Virus record (IMG/VR): IMGVR_UViG_3300049135_000080
Location: 1-40,771 of that record
Strand: one strand, 5' to 3'
DNA length: 40,771 bases
Source of the DNA: a virus
Lineage: Duplodnaviria; Caudoviricetes
Of the stretch, positions 16,644 through 26,282 are shown in pieces (the stretch's first letter is position 1; every line of letters begins with the position of its first letter). The position numbers and the translations under genes are program-made. The notes under the pieces were generated by a model. It had not been told where the DNA came from. It ran no database searches and worked only from the letters and a program-made list of their open reading frames with translations.

Positions 16644-16789
16644 ACGACACGATGCAGATCATCTTTGGAGTGGCTGGCCTCCTCGGCGGCCTGTCCGGCA
16701 TCGCGGGCGCACTGGTGGTCTGGCGCGGACAGCGCAGCACTGTCACCCCTTCACCGAGGCCCGTCCCCGGCGTCCCGCAGAAGGGATGA
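16640..16789 (+). CDS. Small membrane protein
   Basis: ATGA overlap, one TM helix. Confidence 0.55.
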   Translation: MNDTMQIIFGVAGLLGGLSGIAGALVVWRGQRSTVTPSPRPVPGVPQKG

Positions 16790-16796
16790 TGTGGCA

Positions 16797-17177
16797 ATGA
16801 CTGCGCACCGGATGTTCCCGTTGGCCGACGTCCTCAGCGTCACCACGCCCAAGCTCCTGTCCCGCCGCAAGATGGACGGCCTCACTGACCTCCTCAACTG
16901 GATGACCGGTGACCAGCTGGAGATGTGGCAGCTGCAGCGGGCCGCAGACGAGTGCGCGCCTGCGCTGCTGCAGCAACACTCCGCGCTCGAAGGCGTCACC
17001 CCGCCCGATGGGGTGGCAGGTGCGGACCTGTACGCGTGGCTGGTGCGGGCGGAAGCGCAGTACAGCGAGGAGGTGAGCGTGCGCCCGCTCGCCGAGTGGG
17101 CGCACCAGGACCCCATACAGGAACTGGCCGACCGCGTGGAGTTGGCGCGCCTGCCCGTTGTCACACCCCCGCAGTAG
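16797..17177 (+). CDS. Hypothetical protein
   Basis: FPLADVLSVTT...LLNWMTG. In-operon position. Confidence 0.65.
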   Translation: MTAHRMFPLADVLSVTTPKLLSRRKMDGLTDLLNWMTGDQLEMWQLQRAADECAPALLQQHSALEGVTPPDGVAGADLYAWLVRAEAQYSEEVSVRPLAEWAHQDPIQELADRVELARLPVVTPPQ

Positions 17178-17225
17178 CCTGACCGCATCCCACCCGCGCT
17201 CGCTGGCTGCGGCGCTGCTGAGAGT

Positions 17226-17263
17226 GAAGCCCCTGCCGAACGGTCCCCCGTCGCAGGGGCTTC
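17226..17263 (+). terminator. Putative terminator hairpin
   Basis: GAAGCCCCTGC...GCAGGGGCTTC, 11-bp arms. Confidence 0.6.
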
Positions 17264-17308
17264 GCCATACCCTGGCCCCCTCTCATCACCCGTGTCCTTG
17301 GGGGGACC

Positions 17309-17764
17309 ATGCGCCACACCACCACCGCCGCGGCCGCCGCCGTGCTGCTCCTCGCCCTCACCGCCTGCTCGACCGAGGCCGACAACCCGCCGAGCAGCGC
17401 GTCGCCGAAGGCCGGCCAGAACGCGTCCACCGAGCAGCCCGCCGACGACGGCAAGGAGCAGCTGGAGAAGTCCGTACGCGACTACACCGCCGCCCTCTTC
17501 AGCGGCGACGAGAGCGGCTACGACCTGCTCTCGGGCCGCTGCCAGAAGCAGATGCCCAAGGCCACATGGGTCACGATGGCCAAGACCGCCCACCAGCAGT
17601 ACGGCGCGCAGAAGGCCACAGGCATCACGGTCGACCAACTGTCTGGGGACCTGGCGCGCGTCAGCTACGGCGCCGGCAACATCCCGCAGTTCGAGCGTGA
17701 GGGACAGTCGTGGTTGCGTGAGGACGGTACGTGGCGTTGGGACGCGTGCCCGTCGACCAACTGA
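17309..17764 (+). CDS. Lipoprotein
   Basis: Signal peptide with lipobox LTAC. GGGGGA RBS. Confidence 0.8.
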   Translation: MRHTTTAAAAAVLLLALTACSTEADNPPSSASPKAGQNASTEQPADDGKEQLEKSVRDYTAALFSGDESGYDLLSGRCQKQMPKATWVTMAKTAHQQYGAQKATGITVDQLSGDLARVSYGAGNIPQFEREGQSWLREDGTWRWDACPSTN

Positions 17765-17848
17765 CGCCCGTCGTCGGGGGGTGTCACCGCACCCCCCAAG
17801 ATCCTGGCCGCCCGATTTTTCGTACCTTCCCACCAGGGAGGTACGGGC

Positions 17849-18265
17849 ATGGCGACCAAGACCAACGAGGACATCGGGCGCGAGCGGGAAGACGTCGTCG
17901 TCGTCATGCGCACCCGCGACAGGCTGACGTTCCGCGAGATCGCGGCCGCCCTCGAATGCGACGTCAAGAACGTCTACGAGGCGTGGAAGCGCGGCCGGGC
18001 CCGCCAGCATAAGGAAGCAGCCGAGGCGTTCGGCGCGTACGTCGGCGAGCAGCTCGCCACCTGCCAGACGCTGATTGACGGCCTCATGCCCGTCGTCCTG
18101 CGCGGTGACGCCAACTCGGCGAAGGCGGGTGAGGCGATCGTCCGCGCGATGGACCACGAGGCCAAGCTGTTGGGCCTCTACGCCCCCGTCCGCGCCTCGG
18201 TCACGGTCACCGACGAGATGACCGAGCGGGTCAAGGCCCTCGCCGCCGAGCTGGCCGAGCTGTGA
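17849..18265 (+). CDS. terS: Terminase small subunit (HTH)
   Basis: LTFREIAAALECDVKNVY HTH, AKLLGL motif. Directly precedes and overlaps terL. Confidence 0.7.
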   Translation: MATKTNEDIGREREDVVVVMRTRDRLTFREIAAALECDVKNVYEAWKRGRARQHKEAAEAFGAYVGEQLATCQTLIDGLMPVVLRGDANSAKAGEAIVRAMDHEAKLLGLYAPVRASVTVTDEMTERVKALAAELAEL

Positions 18266-19602
18266 CCGCCACGGACTTGGACGCGCGCCTGGCCGCCATG
18301 TCGCCGGCCGAACTGGAGCTCCTCGAGCAGGAGCTGCGGGCGCGCCTGTGGCAGAAACGCTGGGACCGGTGGACGCCGTACCCGTGGCAGGTCCCGCCCG
18401 ACGAGATCCCCACCATGGGCTGGTGGCTCCAACTCGGTGGCCGCGGCACCGGGAAAACCGACGGCTGCGCCCGCTACATGGTCGAGCACGTCAACGGGCC
18501 GCCCTGCGACCCGCGTCTACGCGGCGGGCACCGCATGGCGATCGTCGCCCCGACACAGGGCGACGCCGTCGAGGCCTGCGTCAACGGCCCGTCCGGGCTG
18601 AAGGCTCACGACCCGCGCGTCGTACTGCGCACCACGGCCGGCGGCACGTTCGCCAAGTGGCCGTCCGGCGCCGAGGCCAAGCTGTTCGGGGCCCACTCCC
18701 CCGACGACATCGAACGCCTCCGCGCCGGTGGCAACCGGTGCCTCGTATGGATGGAGGAAGCCGCAGCGCAGCGACGGCTGAAGGAGGCAATCACCCACTC
18801 CGAGATGGGCCTCCGCATCGGCCCGAACCCCCACTACATCGCCAGCACCACACCCAAACCGCGCACCGAGATCATCGAGCTGACGAAACGCGCGGACGTC
18901 ATCATGACCAAGGGCCGCACCCGCGACGCCATCCACCTGCCCCAGGACATGCGCAACTTCCTCGTCCAGAAATACGCCGGCACCCGGCTGGAAAAGCAGG
19001 AACTCGACGGCGACCTCCTCACCGACATCGAAGGCGCCCTGTGGAACCGGGCGCGGCTGGACGCCACCCGCGTTGGTGCGGCCCCGCCGATGGTGCGCAT
19101 CGTCGTCGCGATCGACCCGGCCGCGAAGGGCGGCGACGAGTCGGACGAAATGGGCATCGTCGTGGCCGGCCTCGGCCAGTCGTACATCCCCGACCGGAAC
19201 GGGTTCGCCCGCCGCCATGCGTACGTCCTCGATGACCTGTCGGGGCGCATGTCGCCGGAGGAGTGCATGCGCAAGGCGGCGCAGGCGTTCCACGCGTGGA
19301 AGGCGGACGCGGTCATTGCCGAGGTGAACAACGGCGGCGACTGGATCGGGACGACGCTGCGGCAGATCGACCGCACGGTCAACTACCGCACCGTGACCGC
19401 CACCAGGGGCAAGCAGACCAGGGCCGAGCCTGTGGCCGCCGTGTTCGACCAGCTCGCCGCGCACATCGTCACCAGCCTGCCCGAGCTCGAGGAGCAGCTC
19501 GTGACGTGGGTGCCCGGCGACGACTCCCCCGACCGGCTCGACGCCATGGTGTGGGCCCTCACTGATCTCATGCTCGCCCCTGCGGGCAACATGGCCGGAT
19601 AG
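18262..19602 (+). CDS. terL: Terminase large subunit
   Basis: PWQ, GGRGTGKT (Walker A), WMEE (Walker B), TTP, nuclease motifs AIDPA...EVNNGG...DRLDA. Confidence 0.95.
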   Translation: MTATDLDARLAAMSPAELELLEQELRARLWQKRWDRWTPYPWQVPPDEIPTMGWWLQLGGRGTGKTDGCARYMVEHVNGPPCDPRLRGGHRMAIVAPTQGDAVEACVNGPSGLKAHDPRVVLRTTAGGTFAKWPSGAEAKLFGAHSPDDIERLRAGGNRCLVWMEEAAAQRRLKEAITHSEMGLRIGPNPHYIASTTPKPRTEIIELTKRADVIMTKGRTRDAIHLPQDMRNFLVQKYAGTRLEKQELDGDLLTDIEGALWNRARLDATRVGAAPPMVRIVVAIDPAAKGGDESDEMGIVVAGLGQSYIPDRNGFARRHAYVLDDLSGRMSPEECMRKAAQAFHAWKADAVIAEVNNGGDWIGTTLRQIDRTVNYRTVTATRGKQTRAEPVAAVFDQLAAHIVTSLPELEEQLVTWVPGDDSPDRLDAMVWALTDLMLAPAGNMAG

Positions 19603-19614
19603 GAGACGACGCAG

Positions 19615-21948
19615 ATGGGACGCCTTGCCGACGCATGGGCAGGACTGACGAAACGGTCCGCGCTCGACAGCGTGCGCGAGCAGCGGCCGGTGACCTTCGC
19701 CTCCGCCGACTACGCCCGCAGCCTCACCCTCGACCTCGACGCCGAGTCCCGCGGCTGGACACATTCCGCCGTGGCGTACCGGTGCGTGGCGCAGATCGCC
19801 GACAACGGCTCCAGCGTGAACCTGGAGATCACCCGCCCAGACGGGTCGGTGATCGACGGGCACCCGATCGCGCACCTGTTCAACAAGCGGCCGAACCCGC
19901 AAATGTCGTCGGCTCGTTCGCTGAAGTCGGTCATCCTCCAGCAGCTCCAGCTCTCCGGGAAGTCGTTCGCGTTCTGCTACCGCGGTGAGTCGCTCGACCC
20001 GGCCGCCCACGTGCAGGCCATCTACCCCGTCTATGACGACGTGCAGGTCTTCGTGGCCCGCCGGAAGGACGACGACCCGCGGCCGCCAGACGTCATCGGG
20101 TTCGTCATCAACCGGGCCGACGGCGTCCGAGTGCCAGTCCTGCCGGACGAGATGCTCTGGTTCAAGTACCCGCACCCGTTCGACCCGCTGCTCTCCGTCG
20201 CCCCGTGGAAGGCCGCGCGGCATGCGGTCGATGTGGACGCGTTCGCCCGCGAGTGGCAGCGCTCCAGCCTGGAGAACGGGGCGCAGCCCGGCGGTGTGGT
20301 CTACCTCGGCGAGATGGAGCCGGAGGCGTTCGCCAAGGCCAAGGCATCGTTCCGCTCCACAGTGGAGGGCCCGGCGAACGCGCGCCGGCACCTGCTCGTC
20401 GCGTCGCCGCCCGGGTCGTCCGGGAAGCCGATCGAGTACGCGCGCCTGGGCCTGACCGCCGAGGAAGTGTCGTACCTGGAGACCCGGGTGCAGTCGGCCG
20501 AGGAGGTCATGCTGGCGTTCGGTGTGCCGCGTGACCTGCTCATGGGCGGTGCGACGTATGAGAACCGGGCCGCGTCCAAGACCGCCTTGTGGTCGGACAA
20601 GATCGTGTCCGACCTGGAGATCATGTCGTCAGAGATCGACCGGGTCCTCCTCCCCTCCGACGCCGAGAACGCAGGCTTTGACCTGTCCGGTGTCGAGGCC
20701 CTGCAAGAGGCGCAGGACTCAGTGGCGCAGCGGCTGCGGTCCCTGGTGTACGCCGACATTGCGATGATCGACGAGGCGCGTGCCGCTGTGGGCTGGGATC
20801 CGCTCCCGGGCGGGATCGGCGAGCAGACCCTCACCCCGTACCGGTCGCAGTGGGCGCCGGTACCGGGTGCACCGTCCGGTGACGAGGAGCGGTCGTGGCT
20901 GGCCGACTTCTCTCGCATCCCCGCCCCGCAGCCGGACGTGGCCACCCTGGTGCGGCAGGCCGTCGCCGAGGCCGTGCCCGCCGTCGTCGCCGCGTTGACG
21001 CAGGCAGACGCCCGCACGACGCCTCGTCGTCTGGAGCTGACGCGCGCCGACGACGCCCCGTCGTCGCCGTCGGTGGACGAGATCAACCAGACGTATGACG
21101 AGCTGGAGGCCGTCGGCCGCCGCGCCGTGCAGGCCCTCGCGAAGGAGCAGTCCGCCCGGGTGCTCAGGGACTTTGACCGGCTGATGAACAAGCCCGAACG
21201 ATCCGCGGCGTGGCTCGGTGAGGTGCGGGACCAGTCGGCCGCTCTCGCCCGCGAGCAGCTGCTCACCCTCGCCCCGCCCGACCTCGACGTCGTACCGGCC
21301 GCCCGCGCCACAGGCATGGACATCGCTTCGGGCCCCGACGGCTGGGAGCAGCGCATCCGGCTGCGGGAGATCTTCGACGGCGGGTACTGGCGCCGCCAGA
21401 CCGCGAAGGTGCTGCGGCCGTTCGTCGAGCGGGCATGGCGCCGCGGCGGCGTGTCCATCACCCCCTCGTTCGACCTCGACGAGCCGGACGTGTCCCGCGC
21501 CCTCCGGCAGCGGGTCGAGGAGCTGGCCGGGCAAGTGACCGCGACGACCGAGCAGGTGCTCCGCTCGCAGCTGCTGGCGCACGGCGTCGCCGAGGGCGAG
21601 TCCGTGCCGGAGCTACGCGCCCGGATCCAGCGGGTGTTCGCCGAGCTGGGCGACTACCGCGCGACGATGATCGCCCGCACCGAGACGGTTGGCGGGTACA
21701 GCGCCGCCAGCCACATGGCCGCCGCCGAGGCCGGGGCCGTCCGCAAGACATGGCTGTCGACGGACGACACCCGCACCCGCCGCACCCACCGAGCCGCGCA
21801 GGGCCACTCAGTGCCCATGGACCAGCGGTTCGCCCTCACCGAGTCACGCTGGCCGGCAGACGCCACGGCCCCGGCGAACCAGTCCATTCAGTGCCGGTGC
21901 GCGTTGACCTATGAGTTCGACCCGGTCCCCGACGACGAGGAGTCCTGA
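19615..21948 (+). CDS. Portal protein fused to a MuF/gp7-like minor head domain
   Basis: HK97-type portal (AVAYRCV, PNPQMS, NGAQPGG, FGVP, DEAR) continuous with IARTE...KTW...RTRRTH...IQCRC. Confidence 0.85.
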   Translation: MGRLADAWAGLTKRSALDSVREQRPVTFASADYARSLTLDLDAESRGWTHSAVAYRCVAQIADNGSSVNLEITRPDGSVIDGHPIAHLFNKRPNPQMSSARSLKSVILQQLQLSGKSFAFCYRGESLDPAAHVQAIYPVYDDVQVFVARRKDDDPRPPDVIGFVINRADGVRVPVLPDEMLWFKYPHPFDPLLSVAPWKAARHAVDVDAFAREWQRSSLENGAQPGGVVYLGEMEPEAFAKAKASFRSTVEGPANARRHLLVASPPGSSGKPIEYARLGLTAEEVSYLETRVQSAEEVMLAFGVPRDLLMGGATYENRAASKTALWSDKIVSDLEIMSSEIDRVLLPSDAENAGFDLSGVEALQEAQDSVAQRLRSLVYADIAMIDEARAAVGWDPLPGGIGEQTLTPYRSQWAPVPGAPSGDEERSWLADFSRIPAPQPDVATLVRQAVAEAVPAVVAALTQADARTTPRRLELTRADDAPSSPSVDEINQTYDELEAVGRRAVQALAKEQSARVLRDFDRLMNKPERSAAWLGEVRDQSAALAREQLLTLAPPDLDVVPAARATGMDIASGPDGWEQRIRLREIFDGGYWRRQTAKVLRPFVERAWRRGGVSITPSFDLDEPDVSRALRQRVEELAGQVTATTEQVLRSQLLAHGVAEGESVPELRARIQRVFAELGDYRATMIARTETVGGYSAASHMAAAEAGAVRKTWLSTDDTRTRRTHRAAQGHSVPMDQRFALTESRWPADATAPANQSIQCRCALTYEFDPVPDDEES

Positions 21949-21950
21949 CC

Positions 21951-22283
21951 ATGCCCGCCCTCATGTCCGGCGAGATGCCGTGCGTCCTTCAGGCCGCCGA
22001 GGAGGAGCAGTACACCGGCGCCTACCAGCCCACGGGCGTGCCGCTGCACGAGGTGCGCCGCGGCCCCTACGACGGCACCCGCGCCGCAGTGCTCCTCACC
22101 AACGGAGAGCCGCCCAAGACGCTCACCTTCAAGGGCGGCAGGTTCGCCTACGTCCTCGCGACCATCACGGACGGCATCGCCACGTACCGGTACGCCCCCA
22201 AGCTCTCCCCGCTGCACCGCCAGTTGATGGACAGCGTCGCCGAGGCCTACGCCGAGCACGCGCTCACGAAGGGAACCCCGTGA
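21951..22283 (+). CDS. Hypothetical protein
   Basis: GAGGAG RBS. Lies between portal and protease. Confidence 0.7.
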   Translation: MPALMSGEMPCVLQAAEEEQYTGAYQPTGVPLHEVRRGPYDGTRAAVLLTNGEPPKTLTFKGGRFAYVLATITDGIATYRYAPKLSPLHRQLMDSVAEAYAEHALTKGTP

Positions 22284-22936
22284 TGGAGATCGAGTTCCGC
22301 GTTTTCGAGACGCACGAGTTCCGCGTCGATGAGGACCAGGACGGCACCTTCAACGGCGTCGCCTGCCAGTACGGGAAGAAGGACAGCTACGGCACCACCT
22401 TCCACCCGGGAGTCTTCAAGCGCGGCATCGACAAGGGCAGCTACGCCTACCTGTGGATGCACAGCCCGTACACGCCGATCGGCACCTTCCGCGCGGACGA
22501 GCAGTCCAACCTGCTCCACATCGACGGCCGGTACGACGACACGGTCGACGGCCGCGATAAGCGCGCCATGGCCCGCAGCGGCTCGGCACGGGAGCTGTCC
22601 GTCGGGTTCGTGCGCACCGACCTGCCTGCGTGGGAGAAGCTCGCCAAGATGACCGACGAGGAGCGCCGCGACGTCCTCGACAACATCCGCAGCGCCCGCC
22701 TCGTGGAGGTCTCCCAGATCACGGCGCGCATGGCGGCCGTGCCCGGCTCGAAGTTGAAGACTGTGCGGACCGCGCTCGGTGACCTCTACACCGAGGCAGG
22801 GGAGCCGACCCTCGTGGAGCGGCTGGCCGAGTACGACCGCGAGCACGGGCGGGACACGGAGATCCTGCACAGGCAGGAGCAGAGGCGGAAGCGGGCGGCT
22901 GCGCTGCTGCGTCTGGTGTCGGCGGGAGGCGCGTGA
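22283..22936 (+). CDS. HK97-type prohead protease
   Basis: FNGVA...DSYG...LWMH...PIG...LSVGF...LVEVS. Confidence 0.85.
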   Translation: MEIEFRVFETHEFRVDEDQDGTFNGVACQYGKKDSYGTTFHPGVFKRGIDKGSYAYLWMHSPYTPIGTFRADEQSNLLHIDGRYDDTVDGRDKRAMARSGSARELSVGFVRTDLPAWEKLAKMTDEERRDVLDNIRSARLVEVSQITARMAAVPGSKLKTVRTALGDLYTEAGEPTLVERLAEYDREHGRDTEILHRQEQRRKRAAALLRLVSAGGA

Positions 22937-23082
22937 TGGGCCGCTTCCGCAGCCGTGCGCAGTGGCGGTGGGCGTTCGCGAACCGGATGCCGTGGGCCCG
23001 GAAGTGGGCGCACCGCAACCAGAACTCGCAGCCGTACCGGGCCCTTCCGCGCCGGTCCCGTCGCGGCCGACGACGCAGCTAG
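22936..23082 (+). CDS. 48-aa Arg/Trp-rich basic peptide
   Basis: GGGAGG RBS, TGATG coupling. MGRFRSRAQWRWAFANRMPWARKWAH...RRSRRGRRRS. Not in the ORF track. Confidence 0.65.
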   Translation: MGRFRSRAQWRWAFANRMPWARKWAHRNQNSQPYRALPRRSRRGRRRS

Positions 23083-23272
23083 ACGGGCGTCACCGCACCC
23101 CCTGACGACACGCCCCACATCATTCGATCTACCCTCGCCGCATCCGGGGCACTGACCGGACGTAAAAGCCCAGCGCACTTGCCGGGCGCGCTCCACCGGC
23201 CGTGACAGACGGACGCAGACACCCAGACATCTGGGCGGCTGCGAGCCGTCCACGGACCGGAAGGACGCCGCG

Positions 23273-24571
23273 ATGAACACCTCCTCGCTCCCGCGTCACC
23301 CCCGGACCGGCGTTCGCGCCGTCGGCATCGTCGGCGGACGCCCGGTCTGGCCCATCAAGGGTGGAGCCCCCACCCTGCTCGAGCAGCGCGACGAGATCGA
23401 AGCGCAGCTCGCCAACCCGGACTTCGACGGCGACGAGGACGAACTCCTCGCCCGCGCCGCCGACATCACCGAGAAGATCAAGAAGGCGAACCAGCGGCAG
23501 GAAGCGCGCCGCAACCTGCTCGCCGCCAACCCCCCGGAGCCCGGTGGCGAGCAGCCGCAGGCACGGCAGGAGCGTCCGGGCGAGCAGCCCGAGCAGCGCG
23601 GTGGGCATGTGCCCGTCCTCGACATGGCCGAGCGTTTCGTCAAGGCCGACGGGCTCGCCTCGTTCCGGTCCAAGCTGTCCGGTCAGGTCCGCGTAGAGGC
23701 GACCGACCTCGACACCCGCGCGCTGGTCACCACGACCACCTACCCGGTCACCACAACCCGCGTCCCCGGCGTCATCCGCGAGCCCGAGCGCACGTTCCGT
23801 GTCGCCGACCTCCTCGACCGGCAGACCACCAGCGGCGGCGCGATCGAGTACGTCCGCGAACTGCTGTTCACGAACAACGCCGCGGTTGTTGCTGAAGGTG
23901 CGGTCAAGCCCGAGTCGAGCATCACGTTCGACACGGTCAGCACCACCACCAAGACGGTGGCGCACTGGCTCAACATCACCCGCCAGGCCGCCGACGACGA
24001 CGGCCAGCTCATGGGCTACATCCGCGGCCGGCTCACCACGGGCCTGGAACTGAAGATCGACGGCCAAGTCCTCAACGGCGACGGCTCCGGCTCGCAGCTC
24101 CAGGGCATCATGACCGCCACCGGCGTCCAGGTGTACAGCCCGGCCGCGGCCGAAGAGGCGGACTCGAACCTCATCCGGCTCCGCAAGGCGCGCACGCTGG
24201 TCGAGCTGTCGGAGCGCACCCCCGACGGCGTCATCCTCCACCCGATCGACTGGCAGAACGTCGAGCTCGACACCGACGACACCGCGCGTTTCCGCGTCGT
24301 CAGCAACGTGCAGGAAGTGGCGCCCGCCCGCATCTGGGGCATGCGCGTCATCTCCACCACCGCAATGACGCAGAACAACTTCCTCGTCGGCGGGTTCCGC
24401 GAGGGCGCCACCCTCTGGGAGCGGCAGGGGATCACGATCCTCATGACCGATTCCCACGCGAGCAATTTCACCAGCAACATCCTCACGCTGCTGGTCGAGG
24501 CCCGCCTCGAAGTGGCCGTCCACACCCCGCGCGCCTTCGTGAAGGGCACGTTCGGCGACCCGACCCCGTAA
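23273..24571 (+). CDS. Major capsid protein (HK97 fold, N-terminal delta/scaffold region)
   Basis: VAEGAVKPES, QVLNGDG, ILHPIDW, IWGMRV, AFVKG motifs. Confidence 0.92.
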   Translation: MNTSSLPRHPRTGVRAVGIVGGRPVWPIKGGAPTLLEQRDEIEAQLANPDFDGDEDELLARAADITEKIKKANQRQEARRNLLAANPPEPGGEQPQARQERPGEQPEQRGGHVPVLDMAERFVKADGLASFRSKLSGQVRVEATDLDTRALVTTTTYPVTTTRVPGVIREPERTFRVADLLDRQTTSGGAIEYVRELLFTNNAAVVAEGAVKPESSITFDTVSTTTKTVAHWLNITRQAADDDGQLMGYIRGRLTTGLELKIDGQVLNGDGSGSQLQGIMTATGVQVYSPAAAEEADSNLIRLRKARTLVELSERTPDGVILHPIDWQNVELDTDDTARFRVVSNVQEVAPARIWGMRVISTTAMTQNNFLVGGFREGATLWERQGITILMTDSHASNFTSNILTLLVEARLEVAVHTPRAFVKGTFGDPTP

Positions 24572-24616
24572 CCCGGGCGCCCCCTATCCACGACGAGCAG
24601 ACGGGAGACAGCAGTC

Positions 24617-24898
24617 ATGGCAACACGCAGCAGCAAGAGCACCGACGAGCAGCCCCAGGCCACCGTCCGGCCGCAGCAGTACAGCGGCGGCGAGGGCTGG
24701 GAACTCGGCCAGACCGCGCCCGAGGACAGGTTCCGGCAGATCGACGACGACGGCCAGTTCATCGGTGAGGCCACCACGTCCACCAAGGGCGGCGGCCGGT
24801 GGGTGCAGGTCGTCACCAAGGGCTCGCCCATCACCCGCGACGTCCTGCGCGGCCTGGCGCAGGCCGACAACGAGCAGCCCGCCGAGGGCGGTGCGTGA
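24617..24898 (+). CDS. Small head-region protein (paralog A)
   Basis: GGGAG RBS. Follows the capsid gene. Confidence 0.7.
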   Translation: MATRSSKSTDEQPQATVRPQQYSGGEGWELGQTAPEDRFRQIDDDGQFIGEATTSTKGGGRWVQVVTKGSPITRDVLRGLAQADNEQPAEGGA

Positions 24899-25152
24899 TG
24901 GCCGGCCGCCGCTTCACGGCCGCTGATGGGTGGAAGGAAGGCGACCCGGCCCCGGCCGACGCCTTCCGCGCCCTCGGTGACGACCGGGCTACGCCGGTCG
25001 GGCCGGTCCTCGAGACCCACCCGGGCGGGTACGCGCGTCGTGTCGTCGCCCGGGGGGAGACCGTGACGGCCGAGACGCTGGCCGAGCTGCGCTCCGCTCC
25101 GGCCGCTGAGCCGGACGAGCAGGCCGCGCCCTCCTCGAAGGACGAGGGCTGA
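24898..25152 (+). CDS. Small head-region protein (paralog B)
   Basis: TGATG coupling. Similar to the preceding ORF. Confidence 0.7.
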   Translation: MAGRRFTAADGWKEGDPAPADAFRALGDDRATPVGPVLETHPGGYARRVVARGETVTAETLAELRSAPAAEPDEQAAPSSKDEG

Positions 25153-25155
25153 CCC

Positions 25156-25833
25156 ATGGCGTACTGCACCGTGGCAGAGGCGAGAGAGGCGGGCTGCACC
25201 GGCACCGATGCCGAGGTGGGCGCGTGGATCGCTGCTGCCACGGAGCGGATCACCGCCTACACGCAGCAACTCTTCGAGCCAACCCCCCTGGTGGTGGTGG
25301 CGGACGTCGGCGCGGATGGACTGGTCATCCTTCCGCGCCGCGTCCGCTCGGTCACCGCCGTGACGCCCGTCGGCGACGGCGACGACGCCCCGTCGCTCCC
25401 GTCGTCGGCATGGCGTGTCACCTCGGCCGACGTCCTCGGCCAGATCGATGCGGTGCGCGTCGCTGTCGGTGGCTATGACGATCTGATCGCCGGGGCCGAG
25501 TCGTACAACGGCGGCTGGGCTGGCCTGTTCGGCTCGTACTGGAGCCAGCAGGTGAAGGTCACCGGCACGTTCGGGTACGAGGCTGTGCCGCTGCTGGTGG
25601 GTAAGGCGTGCGCGCTGCTCGCGGCGCATATGCAGGCCAGCGTTACCCCGTCCGATGCCGACGCCGTACAGGACCCGGGCCTGGACGTGGACGACGAGGG
25701 CAACAACGTCCGCATCGAGGACGACGCGTCGTCGGAGCCCGTCGCCCCGTCGTCGTCGACCGGATCGACGCAGGTCGACGCCCTCCTCGTCGGCTATATG
25801 AACACCGCCTACGCGCTGATCGGCGGTGTGTGA
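25156..25833 (+). CDS. Head-tail adaptor
   Basis: MAYCTVAE...AATERITAYT...VKVTGTFGY..VP..V..AC. Confidence 0.8.
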   Translation: MAYCTVAEAREAGCTGTDAEVGAWIAAATERITAYTQQLFEPTPLVVVADVGADGLVILPRRVRSVTAVTPVGDGDDAPSLPSSAWRVTSADVLGQIDAVRVAVGGYDDLIAGAESYNGGWAGLFGSYWSQQVKVTGTFGYEAVPLLVGKACALLAAHMQASVTPSDADAVQDPGLDVDDEGNNVRIEDDASSEPVAPSSSTGSTQVDALLVGYMNTAYALIGGV

Positions 25834-26282
25834 TGGCAGGCATCTCCGGCAGCTTCTCGATGGACGCCCGCGAGTTCGAGCGCGGCCTGCGCCGCTGGGC
25901 CGGCCGTCTGTCCCGCGAGTCGAAGGAAGCCACCCGCCGTACCGGCATCCGCGTCCAGAACGAGGCCAGGCGCTTGGCGCCGGTCGACACCGGCCGGCTG
26001 CGCTCCAGCATCGTGCACCGCGTAGAGGAGCGGGGCGCCCGGTTCTACGACGTGTCGGTGGGCACGAACGTCAACTACGCGGAGGACGTGGAGAAGGGCA
26101 CCCGCCCGCACCGCATCTACCCGCGCAAGAAGAAGGCCCTGTACTGGCCGGGCGCGATGCACCCAGTCGCGTACGTCGACCACCCGGGCACCCGGCCACA
26201 GCCGTTCCTCGAGCCCGCCATCGCGATGGCCGATGCGTGGCTGCGCGAGGAGCTGGCCCGCGCCGGACGGCGGGTCCGCTGA
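25833..26282 (+). CDS. HK97 gp10-like tail completion protein
   Basis: APVDTGRLRSSI, YAEDVEKGT, HPGTRPQPFL. Confidence 0.88.
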   Translation: MAGISGSFSMDAREFERGLRRWAGRLSRESKEATRRTGIRVQNEARRLAPVDTGRLRSSIVHRVEERGARFYDVSVGTNVNYAEDVEKGTRPHRIYPRKKKALYWPGAMHPVAYVDHPGTRPQPFLEPAIAMADAWLREELARAGRRVR

